From assembly GCF_009914755.1 (NCBI RefSeq), contig NC_060942.1: a DNA stretch of 64,000 nt; one strand, 5' to 3'. The notes beneath the pieces are model-generated. The model ran no database searches. It saw only the letters and a program-made list of their open reading frames with translations, and was not told where the DNA came from. Each line of letters starts with the position of its first letter. The stretch's first letter is position 1. Source of the stretch: the human T2T-CHM13v2.0 reference genome, Homo sapiens. Shown here one piece after another: positions 14,746 through 27,210 of this stretch. A program made the position numbers and the translations under genes.

Positions 14746-15769
14746 AGGGACAGCTAGTCTTACTATAAATAAAAATATGTTATTAGGTCTTGATAATAGT
14801 TGTGCATGAATATACACATAAATAAATAGAATGTGAATCTCAGAACTAGACTTAATTACGTATGCAGATTTATTATATGCCACTTTAGACCACTCAGGTA
14901 GAAGAAGATTTTCTAATAAGAATGCTGAAACAACTGAGTAGCCCTTTGTAAAAAGACAAAATTAGGTCCATGTGAGTATAATTTCCAAACAGATTAGGGA
15001 TCTAATAAACAAAATAAACTATGAAAGTACCATAATAAAACATGGATGTAGTCCTCCTTAAACTTTGTTCAGGGAAATGCTTTCCAACTATGACAGAAAA
15101 TCCAGAGACAATGAAAAAATTGATAAATTTAAATTCATATAAATAGAAAGATGAAAGAAAAGAAACACTATTATACTTCAAAAAGCAAATGACCAATTGG
15201 GAGAAAATACTCACAACATAGACCACCTACAAAGGGCTAATGCCCTTAATATATAACACCTTTAAAATGCAGGAACAGAGACCCAAAAACCAATAGAAAA
15301 ACGGTGGCAAATATGAATAGGCAGTTCAGAAATAAAAGAGATTAAGTTGACCCTCAAACTTATGAAATAAATGTTTATTTTTACTTATAATTAGAGAAAT
15401 TCATTTTAAAACAACACAGAAATGCCATTTCTAACACATTGGCCTGACAAATATTTAAAATGTGACAACACTGTGTTCAAAATCATGGAGGAAACAGTTA
15501 TACTTAATATGTGGCTGTTTGTTTGGTTTTTGGTTCACAAATTGATATAGCCTTTCTGAAGGCAAATTAGAAATACCTAACAGAACATAATAATACTTCC
15601 ATTTTGGCCTAGAAATCCTACTTCTAGGTATCTTCCCTGAAGATATAACTCTAAAAATATACAAATATATTTGCATAAATTCTTTTCACCATTGTTTATA
15701 ATTATGAACTACTTTAAATTATTAACAAACCATCTGTATATACAGATCTGTAAAGGTCTCTTTAGTTAA

Positions 15770-15872
15770 ATATGTGTATACAAATATATGTGTGTGTTTG
15801 GGTATATATATGTATGTATGTATATATGGGTGTATATATGTATGTATATATACATACACATACAAACACATA
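15770..15872. repeat. (TA)/(TATG)/(TACA) compound simple repeat
   Basis: Read directly. Confidence 0.85.
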
Positions 15873-17810
15873 TTCTTAAGAAAGAGAGGGGTGTATGTAT
15901 TTTGGGGGTTAGTATATCAATAAATATTTCTTATATTTGTCAAAAGGGCTTAGAGTCAATGATATCCTAGTAGTAATAAGTACATGTAGCATACAAATTT
16001 TGATTGCTAAACAGCATATTCCAGGACTCCTGGGAGAAGTGGTGGATTCTAGCTCTAGGGCAGGGCAAATTAAAGATGAGCCTGGAGCATCTTGGAGAAT
16101 CAGAAAGTAAGAGAGTTCTCAAGAAAGGGTAGGCACTTGCCTAAAGAATATAAGAACCAACCTGAAGAAGCTGGTAATGGGTAAAGCTGGAACAATTTGG
16201 GCAACAAAATAAGTAATAAAAAACTGAATATTAATAAAACAAACACTTATTAGTTCATTATGGTATAAATAAGTAATTAAATAAATAAGTTTATGAGGAA
16301 GAAGGGATGATTTCTTCCTACACTTTTTTTACTAACAAGTGTGGAAACAAAAGGAAAATAGAAAATCAGCATCAAGTAAACAACAGAGTAATAATTGTTG
16401 CAGACAAGTTGCCTTGATGGATGCTAAAATTAGAGGGTGAAAGCTTGAGGACAAACAAGGCTTGTATGGTTTCTTTTTAAATATCTACCTACAAATATTT
16501 ACTAACTACAAAAGTAAAGTTAGTATCTCTGCAGTGAAGAAACTAAGGCAGACATGAGTAAAATCACATGATTAAAGTTAATATCAACAACAGTAAGACA
16601 AATTGATATCATGAACTCTTTGGTAGATGCATTGGGAAGAACACAATGTTATTTCTGTGGTATTCTTGCCAAATATGCCTGACTTCAATGTAATCATGAA
16701 AAAAATGTCATGCAAATCTAATTGAGGGACATTCTACACAATAATTAACAAATTTTTTTAACTGTTAACAACATGACAGAAAAGGAAATACCGAAGAAAT
16801 GTTATAAATTAGAGGTGACAAATAAGAAATAACAGTGAAATGTAATGTAATATCCTGGGATAGAAAAAGCGTATTGGTAAGAAAAAATGGTGGCATTTGA
16901 ATAAGGGTTACATTTTTGTAAATAGTATTGTAACAATATTAGTTTCCTGGTATTGATATTTCTACTATAATTATATAGGGTGTTAATATTGGGGAAAGCT
17001 GAGTGAGGCATATGTAAGCACTCTTTTTACTATTTTTGCAAAATTTCTGGGAGTCTAAAGTTAGTTCAAAATGGAAAGTTAAAAAAACTAATTATGTTCA
17101 TCTCTGGATTAGATTTTTCCAATTTATCAACTTTGTTACTTGCTATCTTCTTAACATCCTTAGAATACTTTCCCTCCAATTTTTTACAAATAGTGCTTTG
17201 TTTTCTTACAAGAGTTAAAAATAGAAAACTAAAAAATAAAATGGATGAAGTAAAATGGGAAAGTCTCATAACTTCTCAGAGCTCCTGTTTAGAAGTAAAA
17301 TAGTGTTTTGAAATATTCTCTATACTGTTTATGAACTATTCATTCTAGAGCATTTTGCATTTGTCTTCATGATCTTTTATTGTCAACTCAAAAAAATGTA
17401 ATTAGCCTGCTTTGGTAGTGTGCACTATTTATGAATGATTGAGGTAGAAAGACAATCTTAACATGTGTAAAATAGCCACAACTGTTCCTCTTAAATATAT
17501 GGTTATTAAGATTTAATTTATTCCCACATGATTCCCTTTTGACATTTCTGCTAGAATTGAAAGTACAGGAATGGTGCTCTAGTTCTGAAATTTATTTGTC
17601 GTATCATCTTGTATAAATTGCTCAACGGCTGTAGTTCTCAGTTTATTATCTGCCAGAACAGTAGGTAAACTCTCACCTGTCTTTTAACTCTATAATGTTA
17701 TAATTCCACAATGAATGTTTAACAGTATAATTCCAAATAGTAGAGGAGATACTCTTCATGAGGCTTGTCAGTCTCACATAATGTTTCTAGCCAATCTGAT
17801 AGTTACTCTT

Positions 17811-18094
17811 TTCTTTTAGACGGAGTTTTGCTCTTGTTGCCTAGGCTGTAGTGCAGTGGCAATCTCAGCTCACTGCAACCTCCGCCTTCCAGTTTCAAGC
17901 GATTCTCCTGCCTCAGCCTCTGAGTAGCTGGGATTAAAGGCACCCGCCACCATGCCTGGCTAATTTTTGTATTTTTAGTAGAGACAGGGTTTCACCATAT
18001 TGGCCAGGCTGGTCTCAAACTCCTGACCTCGTGATCCACCTGCCTCGGCCTCCCAAAGTGCTGGGATTACAGGCGTGAGCCACCGCGCCCGGCC
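17811..18094 (-). mobile_element. Alu, AluS (Sg/Sq-group)
   Basis: Antisense Alu ending CCACCGCGCCCGGCC. TSD TCTGATAGTTACTCTT (17795-17810) and TCTGATACTTATTCTT (18096-18111). Confidence 0.96.
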
Positions 18095-18149
18095 CTCTGA
18101 TACTTATTCTTTATATTTTAATCTTTCAGTATAGATTTCTAGTTTCTGA

Positions 18150-18370
18150 TTATAGCAGAGTGGTTAAGATAATAGATACCAGAGCCAGACTGTCTATGTT
18201 CAAGGGAAGCCCTGAGACTTCCTACTGGTGTGAACTTGAGTAAGTTATTTAACCTCCCTGTATCTCATATGAGCATAATAATTACACCTCCCCAACAGGG
18301 GTTTTATGAGCATCAGATGAGTCATAGTTGGTAAAGACTTAGAATACAATGCATCTGGCACCTTAAATAT
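18150..18370 (+). mobile_element. MIR
   Basis: GTGGTTAAGA..GAGCCAGACTG..TGTGAACTTGAGTAAGTTATTTAACCTCCCTGTATCTCA core. Confidence 0.8.
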
Positions 18371-19781
18371 ACTTTACAAGCTTTATTAAGTATAATTAAT
18401 TAATTAATCCTGGATTCGGTGTTGCAGTTTATGTAGTAATGTAAAATGCCATGTTATTTTTGCTCTCAGGAAATAAAAAAATAGATATTATAGAGTACCT
18501 GGAGTCAAAATATGCTTAATTAGGGGTAAGTTATTTTAAGAAAATTAGTCAAATTTCTAGAAAATTATAGAAAGGCTAGAAGAGTTCTTGCAGCTTCCCC
18601 ATGGAACAAACTCCAATCTAAAATGAAGTGGCATGTGTCATGAAACATTTTGTTTATATATATGCATGTGTATGTGTATACAAACACATTTTTTTTCAAT
18701 ATGCCAATATTCTGGTCACAGACTATCAGTGGTTGTTTGAGAACTGGAATCCTTTCTCTCCTCTTCATTCTCCATTGTTATTGTTATGGGCATTGTTATC
18801 ATTTATTTTCATCTCATTGTAAGATTGTGTCGAGGCCGACATGTCCAGGAAAGCTGGATTGAGCACAGAGCTGCTTCCGGAGTGAGATAAACAAACAACA
18901 AACAAAAACGCTTTTCAATTCAGCAGTTCCCCAAAGTGTAGGATTCATGTATGAGTCATTCTCATGAAGTGGATAAAATTCCCATTTACAAAATCAGAAA
19001 TGAAAATAAAGTTGTTTTTAATTTAGGAGACAGAAGAGTGAGATGAAATATGTAGCTCAAGAGGATCCTTCTGAAAATGGATTTCTAGCAGAAAAGCTTT
19101 ACCCCTCTAAGCACAAAGATGCAAATTTTGCCTTCCAAAAGCTAATCAAGACTTTTTTTTTTGGCAAGAAAACAAAGGAAAACCAGTCTAATCCAGAGTA
19201 AACCTGGCTTTTTCCTAACTCATTGGGTCTCACAGGAAAAGCAGATTGCAATGTTTAACTCTCTAATATATGCAATAAAAGATTTCAGCGATACTGTCAA
19301 GCTACTTAGCCATTCAACTCCTTTCATATTATACACATAGCTATTCACTGTCGCTTGAGATTACTTTGTGTAAGAAAGCTTTGTTAGGACAGAATAATTT
19401 GATGAATGTCAAAGTCAAATGTATACAGAGAGATATAGATATAAGGGATGGGGGCAATCTGATTTTTATTTGAGTCCCACACAAATCACATTTCCAACAC
19501 ATTCCAGTGAATCACAGTTAGATGCCAGACTGGCAGACATGACACATTCTGGACATGGTTAGGAAGATAGATTTGGGATGTTTCAAACATGGCTTCATGA
19601 AGGGCATTTTTTTTTTTTTTTTGCAAAAACATCAGAGAGAACAATATTGTATTATTTCCTTAGCGTATTTTAACCAAAACATTCAGTTCCTCCCTGTAAA
19701 TATTGCTGACTTCTGTGGACCCTTTACATAGACACATCATCCTGCATAATGTCTTTTTCAGACTCTTAAGAGAAATCTTAG

Positions 19782-20477
19782 TGTTAGCAGCAGCAAATCC
19801 ATATGGGTCTGCAGCAACTCAATTCTTGCCTCCTCAAAGGGAAAAAATTTGTCCAAGGGGAATAAGGCATAGAGAGAGACTGAGGGAAGTTTCAGAGCAG
19901 GAGTGAAAGTTTATTAAAAAGTTTTAGAGCAGGAACGAAAGGAAGTAAAGTACACTTGAAAGAGGGCCAAGCAGGCAACTTGACAGATCCAAGTGACCCA
20001 TTTAACCTTTGACTTGGGGTTTTATACATTGGCATGCTTCCAGGGTTGTGTTCCTTCTCCCCTGATTCTTCCCCTGTCAGCTCTTGGAAGGGGCTGCATG
20101 TGCGGTATGTTTACTGAAGTGGTGCACATGCTCACTTGAGGTGTTTTTCCCTTACCAGTTGGGCATTCCTAGAGGAAGGTCTTATACCAGTTGAACTTTG
20201 CCATTTTGCTTCTTGCTGTGCATGCTTGAACTCACTGAGCCAACTCCTGAGATCTTATCAGGATGCTGCTGATCATCAGTCTTAGGTGTTTTCCATTTAT
20301 TGGGAGCCTGCATTCCCTGGCACCAGCTGCAACCAATTATTATTTTAGCGAGACAGTTGAACAACTACCTGATCATCCCCTGATGGTTACCTGGCATTCT
20401 TGGGTCATGTTGGGGTTGGGGAGGATGGGGGAAGACTCTCCTGCCCTGCTCCTATCTGCCTAATTATCTAATTAACA
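19782..20477 (-). mobile_element. MER50-like ERV1 solo LTR
   Basis: TGTTA..TAACA termini with 4-bp TSD TTAG (19778-19781 and 20478-20481). The reverse strand begins TGTTAATTAGATAATTAGGCAGATAGGAGCAGGGCAGGAGAG. Confidence 0.85.
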
Positions 20478-20835
20478 TTAGGTAAGTCTGTAGAAAGATG
20501 GCTTCTCTTGCATGCGAGCACTTATATATTACCAGGTTGAAGATTCTCTTTGGATAGATGGTGCCACATCTCTAATTGTGGGTGCTATATTCTGGAAAAA
20601 CTGGGATGTTAAGGTGGGTTCACTACGATACTGAGATAGAACTTAAAGAGTTCTCAATTTAAAATTATTTATTGCTATGAATTCTCCCTTACATATGATC
20701 CCTAGATTTTAAATATACATTTTTATATTGAATTCATTTACATATATCTCTCTTTAAATAACTCTTTTGACATACCTACATCAAATTTTATCTCAAGAAA
20801 GAAATATATTTAACTTGGTGGTTTGATCTCATCAC

Positions 20836-21500
20836 TTTTTTTTTTTTTTGAGACAGAGTGTCAGTCTATCACCCAGGATGGAGTGCAGTGGGGATCAGCT
20901 GCAGTCTCAACTTCTTGGGCTCAAGTGATCCACTCACCTCAGCTTCCAAGTAGCTGGAACTGTGGGCATGCACCACCATGCCCCACTAACTTAAAAAAAA
21001 AAAAAAGAAAAAAACACTTTTGTAAAGACAGGTGTAATTGTTTTCACACTGCTGATAAAGACATACCCAAGACTGTGTAATATATAAAGGATAAGAGGTT
21101 TAATGGACTCAGTTCCACGTGACTGGAGAGGCCTCACAATCGTGGCAGAAGGTGAAAGGCATGTTTTCCATGGCAGTTGGCAAAAAGAGAAAGAACCAAG
21201 TGAAAGGGAATTCCCTTTATAAAACCATCAGATCTTGTGAGACTTACATACCACCACAACAACAGTATGGGGGAAACTGCCCCCATGATTCAATTATCTC
21301 CCACCAGATCACTATCACAACATGTGGGAATTGCAGGAGCAACAATTAAAGATGAGATTCTGGTGGGGACACAGCCAAACCATATCAACAGGGTCTTGCT
21401 ATGTTGCCCAGGCTAGCTTCAAATTCTTGATCTCAAGCGATCCTCCTGCCTCAGCCTCCCAAAGTGTTGGGATTACAGGCATATGCCACTGTGCTCAGGC
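20836..21500 (-). mobile_element. AluJ split by a THE1 LTR (Alu parts 20836-21032 and 21388-21500)
   Basis: Antisense right monomer to ..GTAAAGACAGG, resuming ACAGGGTCTTGCTATGTTGCCCAGGC after the LTR. Confidence 0.92.
21033..21387 (-). mobile_element. THE1 (THE1B/C-like) solo LTR
   Basis: TG..TTTTCACACTGCTGATAAAGACATACCC..GGGGACACAGCCAAACCATATCA. 5-bp TSD ACAGG (21028-21032 and 21388-21392). Confidence 0.95.
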
Positions 21501-22029
21501 ATCATCCTTTTATTCTGATTCTATACTCTTTTATACTCTTTCTTGTTTATTGATCTCCCTCATTGAAGATATTGTTGACTATTAAAGTATAGATATTGTA
21601 TGTAGGAACCTAACTCTGAAACATGCTTTGTAGCATTACAATATGGAGTGGTCTGTTTGGAAGGACTGTGGTATCTCCTATGCTAACCCTTTATTTTATA
21701 GATGAGAACATGGAAACACAGAATAATTCTTCCCTGAGTCACAAATCTGCTGAATAAATTTTTTAGTTAGGTCCCCACATACTTCTGGTGATTAATTCAT
21801 ATAGCTTAAGATTGGTTTGAATGAGAATTGTCATAGCTAGGTTGTCATGAACGTATAATCGTACCCTCCCAAAATACATGCTTTGACTCTCCACAAATCT
21901 CAACCCTGGAATATCCAGGAAATCCTAAGCTTTTTTTTGGAATTCTCAAAGGATGTCTACAATTCTCAATATAAAAGAGAAAATGTAAAATTATGTGTCT
22001 CAATTGATGAGTGTACATGTGTGTATATA

Positions 22030-22262
22030 CAGTTTGGAATTATGGATTCTAGAACTAGATTGCATAGCTCAAGTCCCAGCTCCACCAAATTCCTTTCTCT
22101 TCCTCAGTATTCTCATTCGTAAAACTGAAAATAATAATAGCACCTCATTTTGTAGGGTTATTGTGAAATTTGAATGAGTTAATGTAGATAGATAAAATAT
22201 TTGTAAAGCATGTAAAATGGCCCCTGGCCTATAATTGGTTCTATAATGTATTCGTTGTTATT
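22030..22262 (+). mobile_element. MIR
   Basis: CAAGTCCCAGCTCCACC..CCTCAGTATTCTCATTCGTAAAACTG..GGGTTATTGTGAAATTTGAATGAGTTAAT. Confidence 0.75.
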
Positions 22263-22282
22263 ACTCCCTTTCAGTTTCTTAG

Positions 22283-22755
<473 letters not shown>

Positions 22756-24215
22756 TAGATGCTCAGATGTCCTTGATCCTTCCTCTTCTGCATACCCCCA
22801 TACCATGTCTTAAATAGCTATCATTAAGCAGGACTGTGCCAAGGCAAATAACATAGAACTACCTAGCCTGCTGGTTTGTTCCTGCCACTTTAGGTTACAC
22901 TTGAGCCAACCACTGAGGAAGTGGAGGCTTCCGGCAGGAGCTGGCTGGGATTAAGAATGAGCCTTATCCCGGGAGCACGGACACTGCCTGCTGCCTGGGC
23001 ATCAGAGATAGTGGGACAATATGAACTCCTGAGAGACTGTGTAGGACAGTGCAAGTCATAATTGGTCCATGAAATGTAGTTTCATTCTCATTTTTATTGA
23101 GACCTATACGTCTAAATCTCATTACCTTATCTTTCTCTTCTGCTTCATAACTAAGAGAAAATAGTTGTTGGTTGTTATGTCCTGAAAATGCAACACCTTT
23201 TTTCCCCTTCCTTCTGTGACGTTTTCCGGGACTGTGATTTTATTTCTCTTTCAGTCGAAAGTATTAGACTTTGATGTGATTTAAGGTTTGAGTTTGAGGA
23301 GGCATGTAAACCATGGACAAATGAGTAAGGCTAGAAACTTTGTCTCGGTGACTTCCACCATGTCAAAGCTTCCTGGAGCCCAAGGAACCAGCCTTTTGCC
23401 CTGTGTGTCTCTCCCAAAGACAGTTCTACTCCCTGGCACACTGGTATGTGCATAAAGAGAAAAGACAGAAAGGTGTCCTGGAGGGCAGTGTGGCTGCAAC
23501 ATACATTAGTCAAATGGGAGGACTTGAGGCAACAGCCATAATTAAAGAAATTAATTCCCAAAGCATGTAATTATTGGAATGGTGTACTCCCAGCTTCCTT
23601 TGCACCCATTTGCTAGCTACCTTCAGAAGGAATGACAGCAAACACCTTTTATGACAGAAATCCCTAGGAATCACAATATTCTTAACCATCCTCTATACAT
23701 TTCTATCTTCTTTAACCCCAATAGCCAAATGTTCCTCGTGCTGCTATATCTCACACTTAGTTTTATTTAAAGACTAACATAGTTGAGGATGCCAAGAAAC
23801 AACTCACTCAACCTCTTACTTTATGAAAGAGTAAACAGGACAGAAAAGACTTATCCAGTATGAAACACTAGTTGGGGACAGAGCAAGGTCTGATATTATC
23901 CCTACTCTGTAGCAATATATTTATTTTTCCCTTGGGTCTTAGAGGCTTAACATGATAAATCCCTGTAATCAGGGGCCATCCCTTCTCCTTTTGAAGATGG
24001 GACTTAGTATAGAACTGATCATGTGGTGTTACAGCGGATGATTAGAGGATTCCTTTCTCTCTACTACCGTCAAGGATAAGCTTACTTTTTGCAAAAAGAA
24101 GTCAGCAACTACCACCTCTTGGCTGGAGTCCTCCACAACCATTTTGCCTGGCTCTTCTGAGGTTTTCACCATGAGTGTTTTGGCTTCTAAGATAAGCCTG
24201 CTGCTACTCTAGTGG

Positions 24216-24527
24216 AGCCAGGCACAGTGGCTCACATCTGTATTCCTTACACTTTGGGAGGCCAAAGTGGGAGAACGGCTTGAGCCCAGGAGTTAGAGAC
24301 TAAGCCTGGGCAACATGGTGAGACCCCGTCTCTACAAAAAATAAAATAAAATTAGCCAGGTGTGGTGGTGCATGCCTATGGTCCTAGCTACTGGAAAGGC
24401 TGAGGTGGGAGGATCACTTGAGGCTAGGATGTCAAGCCTGCAGTGAGCCAAGGTCCCAGCCACTGTACTCCAGCCTTAGAGAGAGAGTGAGACCCTGTCC
24501 AAAAAAAAAAAGAAGAAGAAGAAGAAA
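24216..24527 (+). mobile_element. Alu, AluJ, with an A then (GAA)n tail
   Basis: GCTTGAGCCCAGGAGTT..GAGGTGGGAGGATCACTTGAG..GTGAGACCCTGTC. Confidence 0.95.
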
Positions 24528-25104
24528 GGAAGTGGGCTTTGGTGATACAGAGTATAGGAGGGTCTCCCCAGCAGCAAAGCCAGAGCCATAGAGATAAGCT
24601 TCTTGCACATTCCAGCTCACATACCACCAATGAGCTACAAAAGCACATTCCTGCTCAGCTCTCCCTTCTTTCCCTCATGTATGCTTCCCATGCCACTTGA
24701 CTCCATAGCAGCTTCTCCTCCTGAACTTAATGTTTTATCTTCTGCTTATTAATCCATCAAGTATTCGCTATAGGATGGTGTTTCTTTTGTCCTCTGGTCT
24801 TTACTCTTTTATTTTTAAAATTTAATTTATTTCATGTGTATGGCTTCACTTCCAGATCAGACTATTTCTAAAGATGGTATTATTTATTTCTTCGTTGTCT
24901 TCATTTTACTTTACCTGGTACTTTAAACAATAGTGTCAATAAATACCCATTTACTGGTTATAATTAAAACTGTTTCACATCTGATTTGAACATGTGGTGC
25001 TTCCTTTAATATATCTCGGGGTTACATAAATGGGAGAATTGTTTCTTCCTTAAACACACAGTTTCTTTCCCTCTACTGTTTCATGGAAGATGATAAAATA
25101 ATGT

Positions 25105-25270
25105 TAAATTAATAGCTAGTATGTATTAAGTACTTATAATATGTCAGATACTATAATTAAAATTGTATTCATGTTACCAACATCAACTTCAAAATGAAGA
25201 GATTATTAGCGCCAACATTCACAGGTTGATTATGAAGACTGAATGATATATCCTGTGAATTGAGCTGTGG
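25105..25270 (-). mobile_element. MIR relic
   Basis: AATAGCTAGTATGTATTAAGTACTTATAATATGTCAG..GAGCTGTGGATTGG. Confidence 0.5.
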
Positions 25271-27210
25271 ATTGGGAAGATACTCATGATGAAGATGAGG
25301 ATAATTAGTTTATCAAAATGGTTGTATTTCATTTTGAAGTGTTCAAAGTTCAATGGGATGAGATGCTCAAAGAGTAAATTTAAATGAGGGAAAAATCTAC
25401 TTTAGGAAAATAATCTGGAATGCCAAGGATAGGACACAGAGTTTGGACAGAGAGAAAAGAATAAATCAAGTGAGAGGGTCACAAAAATATATTTTCAATT
25501 GCTGATAAGTGCTAGCCTTTTTCTATTTATGCCTAGAGCCACTCCTGTTCTTTCTCTAAATTGTGAACAATATGCCTTTGATCTTGCATATTTTTCTTGA
25601 TCCAATCATTGTTTTCTTTTCAATCTAGTTCTACTTATCCTGAGGGCTGCTGATTCAACAATAGGTATGAATGTTCAAGCTTAAATGATATATATTTTAA
25701 CTTGTTTTTTAAAGGAAAGCTTTGTAATTCCTATAAGAAATGAATCATTAATTCTGCCATGACATTATATATGAAATCTACCCAGAAGCTCCCAAATACT
25801 CTCCAATTCAGAGGAGTCTAAAGTTCAGCAAACCAAGCTGATGGAGTATTATATTTGCCCTTTAAAAAAGGTCAAAATATTGTTCAATTGATGCCAACAT
25901 CCATGAACTAAATGAAAAGGAGCCTGAGAAGATTGGATGTGGTTAAGGGTTTTACTGAATTCATGAGGCTCCTTAGTCATTATAAAATAAAACTCCCTAG
26001 CAAACCTTCTTAATAGAAAATTCTGGGAATATTTTGACATGGGATATGGGCAATCAGCAGGACTATTTTCATTCTGTTTAAGTGGGCAAAGCCATTTTTC
26101 AGTTTTTGAAATTCATGGTGCATTATCTCCCTTGCACCCTATTTTATTTTATTTTACTTATTTTTGACGAGTCAGGAAAGAAAGGATACTCACTTCAGGT
26201 CAAGTTTAAACCTACAGCAGAGCCAGGATTACTACTTAGGATCGGTGGGATACGATTTGGCCTTAAGATAATTGTATGACTATTTAAGTTTTCTGCTTAC
26301 TCCTTTTGGGGAGGCTAGAATCTATCTTATAACCCCAGTAAGTGGTCTTTGGTGCACCTATCCTCAACTGTAGTGCCTTAGATGTTAATGCTATAATACT
26401 TTTCTTCACCTTATTCTTCCTTTTTTAAAAAGAATATTTTAAAATAGTTAATATATTTAGGTAATTCTTGAAAGTCAAATCATAGTATAAGAATTATAAT
26501 GAGAAATTATAGGACCTTTATGTTCTCAGTTTCTACTCCCTGGGCAACAGATTCTTATCCTTTTAGCTAGATTTTCTTAAACTACATACTTCCAAATAAT
26601 CTACTTCTAATACTATAACTTGATGGCAATTTTCACTGTGTTGATTCCTCTCTGTGGCTGGAGGTGGAGATTCAGTGCTTTATGTGCTTCATGTTTGTGG
26701 TGCCCCTTTCCTCCACCTCCCAATATGGTTACAGCACAGACTAAGGTCTAATTTGTACTTACTTTGCACAAGATTCTGTAATAATTTTTCATCACTGAGC
26801 TATGTATATGCTGTGAGCACATTTTCTTTCTGGTTCAATATTTTTTATTGCTGGAGGAAGTTGTCAGTTCACTGATAACTCCAGCACTGATAGGGAAGAC
26901 TTTTAAAGGACCTAGCTGGAGTCGGTGCATCTCTCTTCCATCCTCATTCCATAAATCAAAACTCCAGAAAACAGCCAGATTTAACTGGAAGGCTGGGAAG
27001 TGGAGTCTAAGAGGAGGCTTCTCTATCCTCCTCTATCCTTTCTTCCCTATTTCCTTCTGAGAGGAGGAAAGAGAGAACAAAGGATTTGGTGAAACCTTTC
27101 AACAGTCTTTATCATATCTTCTTCCATTGTTTTTCTTACTTGTTTTGTTGTCTAACTGGGTATGTAAGAGAAAATAGCTTAATTAACTATGTTTAACTGA
27201 TGGTTTTATA

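Larger units (their letters stand above)
13940..17088 (+). mobile_element. L1MC-like (L1MC3/4) 3' ORF2 relic and 3' UTR, interrupted by MLT1 and a TA/TG repeat
   Basis: ORF2-like AAAATTCATATGGAA at about 14205. L1MC 3' UTR motifs GGAGAAGTGGTGGATTCTAG..AAGATGAGCCTGGAGCATCTTG. End GTCTAAAGTTAGTTCAAAATGGAAAGTTAAAAAAA. Confidence 0.7.
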
